Positions 14,238 through 22,406 of a stretch of DNA of 32,000 nt are shown here, piece by piece. Under the pieces are notes generated by a model, which saw nothing but the letters and a program-made list of their open reading frames with translations, had not been told where the DNA came from and searched no databases. The first letter of the stretch is position 1. Each line of letters starts with the position of its first letter. The position numbers and the translations under genes were made by a program. Origin of the DNA: Opitutales bacterium (lineage in GTDB: Bacteria; Verrucomicrobiota; Verrucomicrobiia; Opitutales; PNEW01); the NCBI GenBank assembly GCA_965219535.1, contig CBDCNV010000002.1, forward strand, positions 1,410,001 through 1,442,000, read 5' to 3'.

Positions 14238-15509
14238 TCACAGCCCCAAGCTCTCATTTATCTCCTTCTGATAATCATTAGTCTCATCCCCCATCACCTC
14301 GTCGATAGTGACCGGCTTTCCCGACTCGCCGGATTCAAGTAAAGCATAGGAGACAGCGACCGATCTAGCCCCCGTGGATGCGTCCACTTCAGGGGCGGTC
14401 CCATTTTGGATGGATTTAAAGAAGTCGTAATACTCGATGGCGATTATCTTGCGATCGACTTCTTTAAAGGGAAAGTCATAAGACCATACCCTGTCCCCAC
14501 CAAAGAGGGTGGCCGTCACCTCGTCGAGGTGATAGTCCGGGACAGCGTCTAAAATACGTGCGTCGTTTACCGGGTCACCATCATCCAGGTGCAGGGTGAT
14601 GGGGTTTCCATTTCTGTCTCCGGGAAGGGTTAAAGAACCCTTGGAACCGAATATAATTCTCTGCCCTAAGGATTCACCATGACCGCCGTGATCTTCGAGA
14701 TAACTTCCGACTACTCCGCTCTTAAAGAGAATCGTTCCATAGGCGGCGTCCTCAGCAGTGGCTTTGAAACTGGCCGGCATCTCCTTCTGCCATTTGCCAT
14801 AAACCTGACTGATGGGTGAATCGAGATCTGCCTCTTTTCCAGCCGCGGGGTTTATCCGGGTGGGTTCGTGAAGCCTTGTCTGGGCGTAAACCGAGGAGAT
14901 ATCTCCGAGTAAATATTCCATGAGATCAGCAAAATGTACACCGACGTCGAGGAGAATTCCACTGGCGTTTTTCTGATGCCTCCAGACTGAGATTATCATA
15001 CGATCCCTTCCCCCTATATAATTCTGGACAAACAAACGCGGCTCACCGATCACACCGGATTTTAAAAGAGACTTAGTCAGCCGGTTGATGGGGTCCCGAC
15101 GGTAGTTCTCCGCGACGGCGAGTAGTCTCCCGGTTTTAACCGCGGCATTGATCATCTCATTACAGGCTCTTGAGGTCAGACCCATTGGCTTTTCCACCAT
15201 CACGTCCCAATTGTTTTCCATCGCTTCAACCGCGAGGGTGTGGTGATAACGCGGGTCGGTTGTGATATCAACCGCCCTTAACTCACTGACTTTTTTTAGT
15301 TCATCCAGGTTCGCGACAACAGCAGGTTTCACTCCAAAGAGCTCTTCAGCTAACGATGCCAGGGAGAGGGCGTTCGCCTCAACCGGATCACATACTCCCG
15401 CCAGTTCGAATGCGCACAAATTGGAAGCTTCCAATTCCTTCAACCCACGCAGATGCCGATGCCCCATGCCCCCACATCCCACTATCGCTAAGCGAATCTT
15501 TTCACTCAT
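14238..15509 (-). CDS. Gfo/Idh/MocA family NAD(P)-dependent oxidoreductase
   Basis: 423-aa ORF. N-terminal Rossmann segment IRLAIVGCGGMGHRH and EKP motif (VMVEKPMG). Confidence 0.85.
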   Translation of the reverse strand: MSEKIRLAIVGCGGMGHRHLRGLKELEASNLCAFELAGVCDPVEANALSLASLAEELFGVKPAVVANLDELKKVSELRAVDITTDPRYHHTLAVEAMENNWDVMVEKPMGLTSRACNEMINAAVKTGRLLAVAENYRRDPINRLTKSLLKSGVIGEPRLFVQNYIGGRDRMIISVWRHQKNASGILLDVGVHFADLMEYLLGDISSVYAQTRLHEPTRINPAAGKEADLDSPISQVYGKWQKEMPASFKATAEDAAYGTILFKSGVVGSYLEDHGGHGESLGQRIIFGSKGSLTLPGDRNGNPITLHLDDGDPVNDARILDAVPDYHLDEVTATLFGGDRVWSYDFPFKEVDRKIIAIEYYDFFKSIQNGTAPEVDASTGARSVAVSYALLESGESGKPVTIDEVMGDETNDYQKEINESLGL

Positions 15510-15532
15510 AAAAGACCAACCCCTTTTTACTT

Positions 15533-16390
15533 TTAATTATTCATCGCTTCGATAAAGCCCCACTTCTTCAACCAATTTATCCAGCGCGCTCGCCTCGCGC
15601 TGCCATCTGGGTTGTCCAACCACCACGGATGGTAGTATTGCGAATTTTGCAAATCCATGGTCGGTCTGATGGTTTTGGCCCTTTCCACCTGTGCACGAAG
15701 ATCATATTCTTCTTGAGCAGACGTAGGGTTGCTGTAAAAGGCAAGGGAACAGTTCCTGCGGTCTTCATAACCACCAAAAGCCGCGTGCCATGTATTCTGG
15801 TTAAAGGTAATGACATCGCCTGGATGCGAACAAAATATATAGCAGGGAATATCTTCACCACTCATGCCGGATTCTTTTAGAAACTTCGATTCGTTATTAT
15901 CAGATTTACTCAACCCTATGCGAATTAGCTCATCGAACAGAGGACTCTTATGCGAACCAGGGATTAGACGCAAAGATCCGCGGTCACCGGTCGTTGGTTG
16001 CAGATAGAAGAGATTTTTGAGCATACGCAAATGTCGCTGCCGCGAATCGGGGTGCCAGTCGGTGTTATGTCTAAAGCTGTTGGCATTGGAAAGCACGGGA
16101 ACCGTGTCTTCTCCTTGTAATTGTTCTGTAGGTAGGTAAATGCGTGGATCTTCCAATAAATTTGCAATAAAAGGGGTCTCCGGAATCAGGTTAGACCAAT
16201 TAGGCCATTTACGAGAACGGCTATCCTTCTTTTTATTAAATTCATCTTTAATCGCGGTGAGATTCTTATCGAACTCCTCATTGATCCGGTCAATTTCCTC
16301 CTGGCTGAACACCTGTCGACGGACGAGAAAACCGAAGGTTTCAAAATGCTGGATCTGCTGTTCTGTGAGACTGTGATTTTCCTGAATCAT
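15533..16390 (-). CDS. PhyH-family Fe(II)/2-oxoglutarate oxygenase, paralogue 2
   Basis: 285-aa ORF. N-terminal LTEQQIQHFETFGFLVRRQVFSQEEI is typical of PhyH. HxD motif in TDWHPDS; distal His in NTWHAAFGG. Confidence 0.75.
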   Translation of the reverse strand: MIQENHSLTEQQIQHFETFGFLVRRQVFSQEEIDRINEEFDKNLTAIKDEFNKKKDSRSRKWPNWSNLIPETPFIANLLEDPRIYLPTEQLQGEDTVPVLSNANSFRHNTDWHPDSRQRHLRMLKNLFYLQPTTGDRGSLRLIPGSHKSPLFDELIRIGLSKSDNNESKFLKESGMSGEDIPCYIFCSHPGDVITFNQNTWHAAFGGYEDRRNCSLAFYSNPTSAQEEYDLRAQVERAKTIRPTMDLQNSQYYHPWWLDNPDGSARRARWINWLKKWGFIEAMNN

Positions 16391-16427
16391 GATTATTTTT
16401 TTTGATTACTTAATACTCAATAGGGTT

Positions 16428-16859
16428 TCAATGTGGCACCTTAGGGTCCAACGCATCCATATCAAGGACGCAACCGATTACTGCCGCAACCAACATCTCT
16501 TCGCCTACTGCGGCAACGTCGTGCTCGACTTTTGCTGGCATATACGAAGAGCTTCCCGGCCCTACGATCCGTTTCTCATTCCCAACGGTGATCTCTGCCT
16601 GACCTGCAATGATGTAATAGCACTGCTCCCAGCTTGGATGATGGTGAGTGCCGTGATTCTTACCAGGAGGCCATGTATGGATGGCACATATTAACCGCTG
16701 TGTGGGAAGCTGATTCAATCCCAGCTTGCCGTATAATTTATCAGGCCCGGCAATTATGACCGTGTAGCCCTCCTCTTCATCCGGAATGCCGGGCACCGTA
16801 TCATCGCCGAATCCAGTAAAGGTCCCCGTTGAATCTTCCGGGGTGTGAATATACTTCAT
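16428..16859 (-). CDS. Cupin-domain protein
   Basis: 143-aa ORF with cupin motif 1 (GTHHHPSWEQCYYIIAG) and motif 2 (GPGSSSYMPAKVEHDV). It lies 37 nt upstream of PhyH paralogue 2 on the same strand. Confidence 0.8.
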   Translation of the reverse strand: MKYIHTPEDSTGTFTGFGDDTVPGIPDEEEGYTVIIAGPDKLYGKLGLNQLPTQRLICAIHTWPPGKNHGTHHHPSWEQCYYIIAGQAEITVGNEKRIVGPGSSSYMPAKVEHDVAAVGEEMLVAAVIGCVLDMDALDPKVPH

Positions 16860-16951
16860 TTTCTATCGCCTTTCTTTATGAGATTTTTCATCTGATATGT
16901 AATCGCTTCTCAGGCGGTACGAAAAGCACAATCAGTAAAATAAGTGAACGG

Positions 16952-16980
16952 TGGAAGATGTCGGGGTATACCCTCGGTAC
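16952..16980 (-). repeat. G-element copy 8
   Basis: Reverse complement reads GTACCGA GGG-tata-CCC(C) GACATCTTCCA. Confidence 0.9.
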
Positions 16981-17068
16981 ACGGTTAAGAGTGTATATTC
17001 GCAAGGATCAATCTGCAATCGAGAAGGTGTGTCAAGTTGCCGATTAATCCTAATGGTGCAACATTCTT

Positions 17069-17129
17069 CACCCGACACCCGACACCCTGCCTGCCCTGAG
17101 CGAAGTCGAAGGGACACCCGACATCCCTC
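17069..17129 (+). repeat. I module, long copy
   Basis: CACCCGACACCCGACACCCTGCCTGCCCTGAGCGAAGTCGAAGGGACACCCGACATCCCTC. Confidence 0.85.
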
Positions 17130-17138
17130 AATTTGCAA

Positions 17139-18035
17139 TTACAATGGCCCGCGTGAATTTTCTTCAAAGAATTTGAGTATGGCAGTGGTATCTTCTTCGC
17201 CGTAGCCGTTGGCAAAAGCTTGTTCGTGTAGAGCCAGCAAGTTATCACCCAGGGTGGTGGGCACACCTGTTTCACGCGCGAGATCGATCATGTAGCGAAT
17301 ATCCTTGAGCACGAATTTTTGATGAAAATTAATGGTGAAATCTCGCGTCATTAATTTTGGCATATAGCCCTGAAATGAAGTGCTGTTACCCCCGCTGACA
17401 GAAATTACCTCAAACATTTTCTTGAGGTCGACACCATAGGTCTGGGCGAAGACAAGCATTTCACAAATGGCCGCTAAATTGAACTGACCAAGATAATTAT
17501 TGATCAATTTTATCGTGTGCCCCGTGCCCGCAGGACCCACATAAAATATATTGGAGCCAATAGCATTAAATGCGGGTTTAATGCTTTCAAAAGTCTTCTC
17601 GGGTCCACCGCAGATTACATTCAACGTCCCCGCCGCGGCTTCATTTTTGCTACCCGTAAGCGGAGCGTCAATGAGATCAATGCCCCGGGATTTCAGGGTT
17701 TCAGCAAGCTTGCGCGTCGAGCTGGGATGACTCGTAGAAAAATCTACGACCACCTGTCCTTCGCGAAGGTGAGGGCCAATACCCTGATCTGACAACAGGA
17801 CATGTTCGACAATCTTAGAGTCCGGCAAGCTGAGCATGATTGCATCGTTTTCTGTAGCTAGGATCGTGTAACTCTCAACTTCCACGGCTCCCCTTTCTTT
17901 TACGATGCTAGCATTGGCACGTGAGCGTTCATCGTCTTGTGCCACGAATTTAACGGAGAAACCAGCTTTACACAGGTTGGATACCATCCCTGTTCCCATG
18001 ATTCCTACACCAATGAATCCGATTTTCATATTCAT
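17139..18035 (-). CDS. NAD(P)-dependent beta-hydroxyacid dehydrogenase (3-hydroxyisobutyrate/6-phosphogluconate dehydrogenase-like)
   Basis: 298-aa ORF. N-terminal MKIGFIGVGIMGTGM dinucleotide-binding motif and the family-typical central GPAGTGHTIKLINN segment. The start may be the third codon (MKIGF). Confidence 0.85.
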   Translation of the reverse strand: MNMKIGFIGVGIMGTGMVSNLCKAGFSVKFVAQDDERSRANASIVKERGAVEVESYTILATENDAIMLSLPDSKIVEHVLLSDQGIGPHLREGQVVVDFSTSHPSSTRKLAETLKSRGIDLIDAPLTGSKNEAAAGTLNVICGGPEKTFESIKPAFNAIGSNIFYVGPAGTGHTIKLINNYLGQFNLAAICEMLVFAQTYGVDLKKMFEVISVSGGNSTSFQGYMPKLMTRDFTINFHQKFVLKDIRYMIDLARETGVPTTLGDNLLALHEQAFANGYGEEDTTAILKFFEENSRGPL

Positions 18036-18174
18036 TATCTTTCAGCAGTTACCTGTTTTGTTTAATTGCGGATGGAAATATATCTTTCCCCCATTGCTTT
18101 GAGAGACGTTGTGATTAAAAACGAATGCTATTTAACAGAATGCACCATCATCGGTTCACTGAGGCAACACATAA

Positions 18175-18202
18175 GGTGTCGGGGAGAAGCGCTAGCGCGC
18201 GT
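18175..18202 (+). repeat. N module (contains palindrome GCGCTAGCGC)
   Basis: GGTGTCGGGGAGAAGCGCTAGCGCGCGT. Confidence 0.8.
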
Positions 18203-18225
18203 CAAAAAGTCAAAAGGTCAAAAAG
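18201..18225 (+). repeat. B module, left arm of a large palindrome
   Basis: GTCAAAAAGTCAAAAGGTCAAAAAG. Confidence 0.9.
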
Positions 18226-18244
18226 GGGGAGATTCTTGTAAATA

Positions 18245-18282
18245 GTAAACAGCCGCCGACGTTTCACTATGGCGTGCCAAGG
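18245..18282 (+). repeat. J module copy 1
   Basis: GTAAACAGCCGCCGACGTTTCACTATGGCGTGCCAAGG. Confidence 0.75.
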
Positions 18283-18313
18283 GTTTCAGAAAATGCGCGT
18301 CAGCGTTCTTCTA

Positions 18314-18346
18314 CCTTTTGACCTTTTGACTTTTTGACCTTTTGAC
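18314..18346 (-). repeat. B module, right arm of a large palindrome
   Basis: CCTTTTGACCTTTTGACTTTTTGACCTTTTGAC. Confidence 0.9.
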
Positions 18347-18521
18347 GCACGCTTTCTCGTGCTACCGCGCTTAATTCTGAGAAATAATTAGATTTTTCTC
18401 GAAAATATGTTTATATAGATTTACGAATCTAATTCTATCCACTTAACTGGCATTCGAGGGAAGCTCCACAGAATGCCTGAAGGCATAAAGAATTCAAATC
18501 TCAAAATATAAAAGGCCGCTA

Positions 18522-19367
18522 ATGAACAAGGAAACTTTCTCAAACCTTAAATTGTTGCTCTGCTCGGGCATATTAATCCTCACATTGGCCAGTTTAACGG
18601 GTTGCGCCAAAAAAGAGGAACCGACAGTTACCGAAGCTGAACAACCAACTGCAGAGCAAGCGATCGCCGAAGCGGAGCAAGCGATCGCCGAAGTAAAAGC
18701 GGAAATACCGGCTGCCCTTGCCGAAGCAGAGCAAGCGATCGCCGAAGTTAAAGCGGAACATCCGACTGCCGATGCAGAGCATCCGACCGAAGTAGCGGAA
18801 CACCCGACCGAAGAACACCCCACTGAAGAAGCGGAACACCCGGTCGCAGAAGCAGGAGAAGAGCATCTGACTGAGGAACATCCGACCGAAGAAGCAGAGC
18901 ATCCGACCGAGGAACACCCAGCTGAAGAAGCAGAACATCCGGAACACTCTGATGAAGAAGCGGAACATCCAGAACATCCGGCTGAAGAAAGCGATCAGAC
19001 CCAGGTACAACCCCAGCGTGAAGTGGGATTGGCAGACATTTCAGATGGCATCAAAAAGCATATCGCTGAATTATCCTCCCAATCCAGTGACGGTATGTTT
19101 CACGCAGATTATGACGGTACGGACCTCGCATTAACCCTCGTAAAGGTACACGATGAAAAATTGGCTGTGTTAGGTAGCGGTGCTTACTTTGCCTGCACCG
19201 ATCTCAAGGCCACTGACGGCAGCATCTACGACCTGGATTTTTTCCTCACCGGTGAGGCCGGTAATATGAAAGTTACCGAAACTGCGGTCCATAAAGACAA
19301 TGGTACGCCACTTTACGGTTGGAAACAAAGGGATGATGGCGTCTGGATAAAAAGTCCCTTGCAATAA
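18522..19367 (+). CDS. Lipoprotein with acidic His-rich repeat region and unknown C-terminal domain
   Basis: 281-aa ORF. Signal peptide with lipobox LASLTGC (Cys28). Residues about 38-158 are low complexity: three AEQAIAE units, then 12 EHP and 1 EHL triplets (13 His) embedded in Glu/Ala/Thr. A C-terminal domain of about 120 aa has no motif I recognise. Confidence 0.8.
   Translation: MNKETFSNLKLLLCSGILILTLASLTGCAKKEEPTVTEAEQPTAEQAIAEAEQAIAEVKAEIPAALAEAEQAIAEVKAEHPTADAEHPTEVAEHPTEEHPTEEAEHPVAEAGEEHLTEEHPTEEAEHPTEEHPAEEAEHPEHSDEEAEHPEHPAEESDQTQVQPQREVGLADISDGIKKHIAELSSQSSDGMFHADYDGTDLALTLVKVHDEKLAVLGSGAYFACTDLKATDGSIYDLDFFLTGEAGNMKVTETAVHKDNGTPLYGWKQRDDGVWIKSPLQ
18633..18995 (+). repeat. In-frame coding repeats of the lipoprotein (AEQAIAE x3, EHPxEE-type x about 12)
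   Basis: Nucleotide repeats GAGCAAGCGATCGCCGAAG (x3, each containing GCGATCGC) and GAACA(T/C)CCGACCGAAGAAGC-type units. They also generate spurious antisense ORFs 18494..18823 and 18594..19010. Confidence 0.85.
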
Positions 19368-19384
19368 TTATCCTATAGAAGGAT

Positions 19385-20407
19385 TTATAAATTAATTTTT
19401 GGAATCTCCGATAACTGAAATCCAAATTTTGTCTCCACCTTATCGTGTGGCTTCCCGTCGATTTCCACATAGGGATAAACAAAATAATTTAAGGCGTCTC
19501 CCTTTTGTCTGGGCTCTAAAACCAGGTCTCTACCCTGGGTTAGTTCAATGCGAGCATCGGTGAGATTTCCAAAATAATATTCTTTCAGCGAGGGCTCTTT
19601 CCAGGCTTCTGAAATATCAACTGGAATCCAACCCAGATTATTATCATAAAACGCTGCCCAGCAATGATACCCTGTATGTTGTGGTGTCTCTTTCACAAAG
19701 GGGACACCCATGTAAAATTTGGCGGGTATTTGACTGGCACGACATAGCGAGATGAAAAGTGAGTGAAAATCCGTGCAGTTTCCCGTTTTCACATCACAGG
19801 CTCGCGCCACGTTCCCGTCTCCCCACCCGGGTATACTTTTGTCGTAGGACATATTATCAAAAACATAGTCATAAATCGCTTTCGCCTTTTCTACGGTCGT
19901 AAAATTTCCCTCGGTTACTGCTGATGCGATTAACCTGATCGTGTCATTAATGATAACCAGTTTGTTCGGACTGAGAAAATTGTCTAAATCGGCAGGGGGC
20001 TTGTGCAGGGCAACCGGGAAAATCGGCATCTGCTTTTGAGTCATGGAAATTTCAAAACGGATGACACGATAACGAAGGTTAAACGCCATCGTCCCAGAGG
20101 TGGGCTCTATTGAGGAGTAATATAACTTGTTTTTATATTTTGGATCTGTGGTTGTGACAAAATTTATCTCCCCTGTGGATTCAAGCAATTCAACTTTCTG
20201 AAACTCATTCTGGGCAGGGATTGGAATCCAAACCTGTAATTCTTCAGCCTCCGCAGGAATATCTTTTACTTGAAATGTATAATCAAAAACAAAACTGCTT
20301 TTGTTCGGCCCCTGTCCCGAAAGCAAACCTGTAGAAAACCACAGGATAAGAAATACCGTTAGAAGCAGATGTCCTTTATACCGAGTTTTCCCATTTGTTT
20401 GAAGCAT
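19385..20407 (-). CDS. Secreted transglutaminase-like (cysteine protease fold) protein
   Basis: 340-aa ORF with an N-terminal signal/TM segment (LLLTVFLILWFSTGLLSG). Transglutaminase-core triad context GNCTDFHSLFISLCRASQIPAKF (Cys), GYHCWAAF (His), IPVDISE (Asp). Confidence 0.8.
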   Translation of the reverse strand: MLQTNGKTRYKGHLLLTVFLILWFSTGLLSGQGPNKSSFVFDYTFQVKDIPAEAEELQVWIPIPAQNEFQKVELLESTGEINFVTTTDPKYKNKLYYSSIEPTSGTMAFNLRYRVIRFEISMTQKQMPIFPVALHKPPADLDNFLSPNKLVIINDTIRLIASAVTEGNFTTVEKAKAIYDYVFDNMSYDKSIPGWGDGNVARACDVKTGNCTDFHSLFISLCRASQIPAKFYMGVPFVKETPQHTGYHCWAAFYDNNLGWIPVDISEAWKEPSLKEYYFGNLTDARIELTQGRDLVLEPRQKGDALNYFVYPYVEIDGKPHDKVETKFGFQLSEIPKINL

Positions 20408-20436
20408 TTGTTCTTCATTGAATTATGGAAAAGAGA

Positions 20437-20475
20437 CATGTCGATCTTTTTGTAATAGAATAGGTGCCGGGTGTC
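20437..20475 (-). repeat. L module upstream of the transglutaminase-like gene
   Basis: CATGTCGATCTTTTTGTAATAGAATAGGTGCCGGGTGTC, 29 nt from the start codon. Confidence 0.8.
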
Positions 20476-20497
20476 GGGAAAATACCAGTGAACAGTG
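20471..20497 (+). repeat. M module
   Basis: GTGTCGGGAAAATACCAGTGAACAGTG (26 of 27 identical). Confidence 0.8.
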
Positions 20498-20552
20498 AAC
20501 AGTGAACAGTGAAAGAGCGCTGACGCGCGTGTTAAGTATTAAGTGTTAGGTA
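20486..20552 (+). repeat. Composite A-H-D module copy 1 (GTGAACA array + small GC hairpin + GTKTTAR array)
   Basis: (CAGTGAA)x3 CAGTGAAAGAGCGCTGACGCGCGTGTTAAGTATTAAGTGTTAGGTA. Confidence 0.85.
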
Positions 20553-20588
20553 TCGAAATCGGGATCGATATCGGTATCGGGTTTCGGG
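20549..20588 (+). repeat. P module (ATCG-rich)
   Basis: Shares the 19-nt core GGTATCGAAATCGGGATCG with 23541-23559. Confidence 0.65.
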
Positions 20589-20598
20589 GAGGATCAGT

Positions 20599-20627
20599 GC
20601 ACCGAGGGTATAGCCCGACATCTTCCA
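20599..20627 (+). repeat. G-element copy 9
   Basis: GCACCGA GGG-tatag-CCC GACATCTTCCA. Confidence 0.9.
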
Positions 20628-20727
20628 CAGAACCATCCATTATTCCAATCTTCCATTCTTCCTCGTTCTTACAATTCGAATCCTTTTTCCTTTCATTAAA
20701 CAATTAAAAGACGTTAAGCTCCACCTC

Positions 20728-22230
20728 ATGAGAATCGCCATAGCTTATTACATGCAAGAGACGAGCAGCTTCAGCCCTGTTCTAACTACATTGGATACAT
20801 TCAAACTGCACGGTCTCTATGAGGGTGATGAAATCCTCGAGAAATGCAAAAGTGGAGACCTTCGAGGATTTATGGATGCGGCGAAAGAGTCAGGGGTCGA
20901 CTGGACTCCCGTGCCAATCATCTGCGGTAATGGAGGGGCTCATGGCCCGATTACCGCAGAAACGCTTTCCTATTTCGAGGAAAAGATTTGCTCGGGTATA
21001 AAAGCTGCTCAACCGATAGACGCGATCTACTTCGGCTTGCACGGGGCGGGCGAAGCAGAAAATGCCCCTGATTCAGAAGGTTATTTATTAAATAAATTGA
21101 GAGAGGTAATTGGGGATGATCTACCGTTAGTTAGTTCTCTTGATCATCACGCGAACATTACCCAACTGATGATGGACAAGGTAGATGCTCTGGTGGCGCA
21201 TCGCACCCAACCGCACGATTTATATGATACCGGGAGAGAAGCTGGGCGAATATTATTTTCCCTTCTTAAAGGGGAAATCAAACCAACCATGGCGTTGAAG
21301 AAGATCCCAATTATCACACACCAGGAGCAATATTTAACATCAAAAGGGCCGATGAAAATCTGGTTTGATCTCGCGCGTGAAATGGAGACCCGACCGGGAG
21401 TTATATCAACAACGACCTGTCCCATGCAGCCCTGGCTGGATGTCCCGGAAGGTGGCTGGTCTGCAGTGGTCGTGACCGACAATGATCTCCCCTTGGCTGA
21501 GCGCCTATCCGAAGAGTTAGCTGATAAAGCCTGGGAACTGAGAGATGACTTTCTTCATCGTGAAAGTATCCCTGCAGCCGAAGCAGTAAAGCGGGCGGTA
21601 GCTGCCGAGAGTGGACTGGTGGTCCTTTCCGATACGGGAGACAGCGTCTACGGTGGCGCAACGGGAGACAGTAATTGCCTCTTAAAAGAAATGCTCACAC
21701 AGCAAATAAAGGTACCTGCACTTGTGCCGATGGTTGATGCTGAAGTTGTTGAGAAGGCGATTAATGCCGGAGTCGGCGAAACGATCACGGTAATGATAGG
21801 AGGAAAGCTCAACACAAACTTTTGCCAGCCGGTGGAGATTACGGCGAATGTTGTTCGCATTGGCGGGGGCATCATTACCCGGACACCCAGCACACCTGAT
21901 TCGGTTACAACTGACGCGAACGAAGATTTAGGCATTTACTTTGATATGGGACGAGCAGTCCTCCTTGAGAGTGGAAGTATCAAAATCGTAGTCAGTGAAG
22001 AAGTCGGTATTGGTGGAAATAATCCTATCGTATACGAGCACTTCGGATTGAATCCGGGCGACGCGAAAATGGTAGTCGTTAAAACGGCGAGCAACTGGCA
22101 GTCTTATCAAGAGTATATAGCCGAAGTCATCCGCGCGGACACCCCCGGTGCCACGATGTCGAATCTAAAACAGTTTAACTGGAAACACCTGCCCCGACCG
22201 ATATATCCCCTCGATGAATTTCCAGAATAG
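20728..22230 (+). CDS. M81-family metallopeptidase (MlrC-like, microcystinase C family)
   Basis: 500-aa ORF. N-terminus MRIAIAYYMQETSSFSP and overall length match the MlrC N-terminal (DUF1485) + MlrC C-terminal layout. Confidence 0.75.
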   Translation: MRIAIAYYMQETSSFSPVLTTLDTFKLHGLYEGDEILEKCKSGDLRGFMDAAKESGVDWTPVPIICGNGGAHGPITAETLSYFEEKICSGIKAAQPIDAIYFGLHGAGEAENAPDSEGYLLNKLREVIGDDLPLVSSLDHHANITQLMMDKVDALVAHRTQPHDLYDTGREAGRILFSLLKGEIKPTMALKKIPIITHQEQYLTSKGPMKIWFDLAREMETRPGVISTTTCPMQPWLDVPEGGWSAVVVTDNDLPLAERLSEELADKAWELRDDFLHRESIPAAEAVKRAVAAESGLVVLSDTGDSVYGGATGDSNCLLKEMLTQQIKVPALVPMVDAEVVEKAINAGVGETITVMIGGKLNTNFCQPVEITANVVRIGGGIITRTPSTPDSVTTDANEDLGIYFDMGRAVLLESGSIKIVVSEEVGIGGNNPIVYEHFGLNPGDAKMVVVKTASNWQSYQEYIAEVIRADTPGATMSNLKQFNWKHLPRPIYPLDEFPE

Positions 22231-22231
22231 T

Positions 22232-22246
22232 GCGCGCGGGCGCGCG
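22232..22246. repeat. GC hairpin directly after the MlrC-like stop codon
   Basis: GCGCG-cggg-CGCGC, followed by an A-rich B module, so not a canonical intrinsic terminator. Confidence 0.55.
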
Positions 22247-22269
22247 TCAAAAGGTCAAAAAGTAAACAC
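22246..22269 (+). repeat. B module 3' of the MlrC-like gene
   Basis: GTCAAAAGGTCAAAAAGTAAACAC, preceded by the GC hairpin at 22232-22246. Confidence 0.8.
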
Positions 22270-22280
22270 TCCGGTCTCAC

Positions 22281-22312
22281 CACTTTCGACTTTCGACCTT
22301 TGACTTTAGACC
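22281..22312 (-). repeat. C module
   Basis: CACTTTCGACTTTCGACCTTTGACTTTAGACC on the plus strand. Confidence 0.85.
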
Positions 22313-22364
22313 ATTCAATCTCTGATTGAATGTCCCACCGTTCAGCGGTTCTGGTCCTCCGGTT

Positions 22365-22398
22365 TGGAAGATGTCGTTCCGCGACTGCGGAACTCGGA
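22365..22398 (-). repeat. G-element copy 10 (long-stem variant)
   Basis: Reverse complement reads TCCGA GTTCCGC-agtc-GCGGAAC GACATCTTCCA. It begins 9 nt after the PhyH-3 stop, in gene sense. Confidence 0.8.
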
Positions 22399-22406
22399 AC
22401 CGCCTT

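Noticed and set aside
18654-18760. GCGATCGC (the cyanobacterial HIP1 palindrome) as a taxonomic marker.
   Set aside because: The three copies arise from one repeated coding unit (AEQAIAE). Only scattered further copies are seen, which is not enough to indicate a HIP1-rich genome.
20486-20552. A CRISPR array as an explanation for the many short repeats.
   Set aside because: The units are 7-8 nt in direct tandem with no unique spacers. The longer modules are not regularly spaced, and there are no cas genes. This does not fit CRISPR architecture.
20675-20683. A tRNA-like T-arm sequence TTCGAATCC.
   Set aside because: There is no preceding GG, no acceptor or anticodon stems in the flanks, and no cloverleaf can be drawn.
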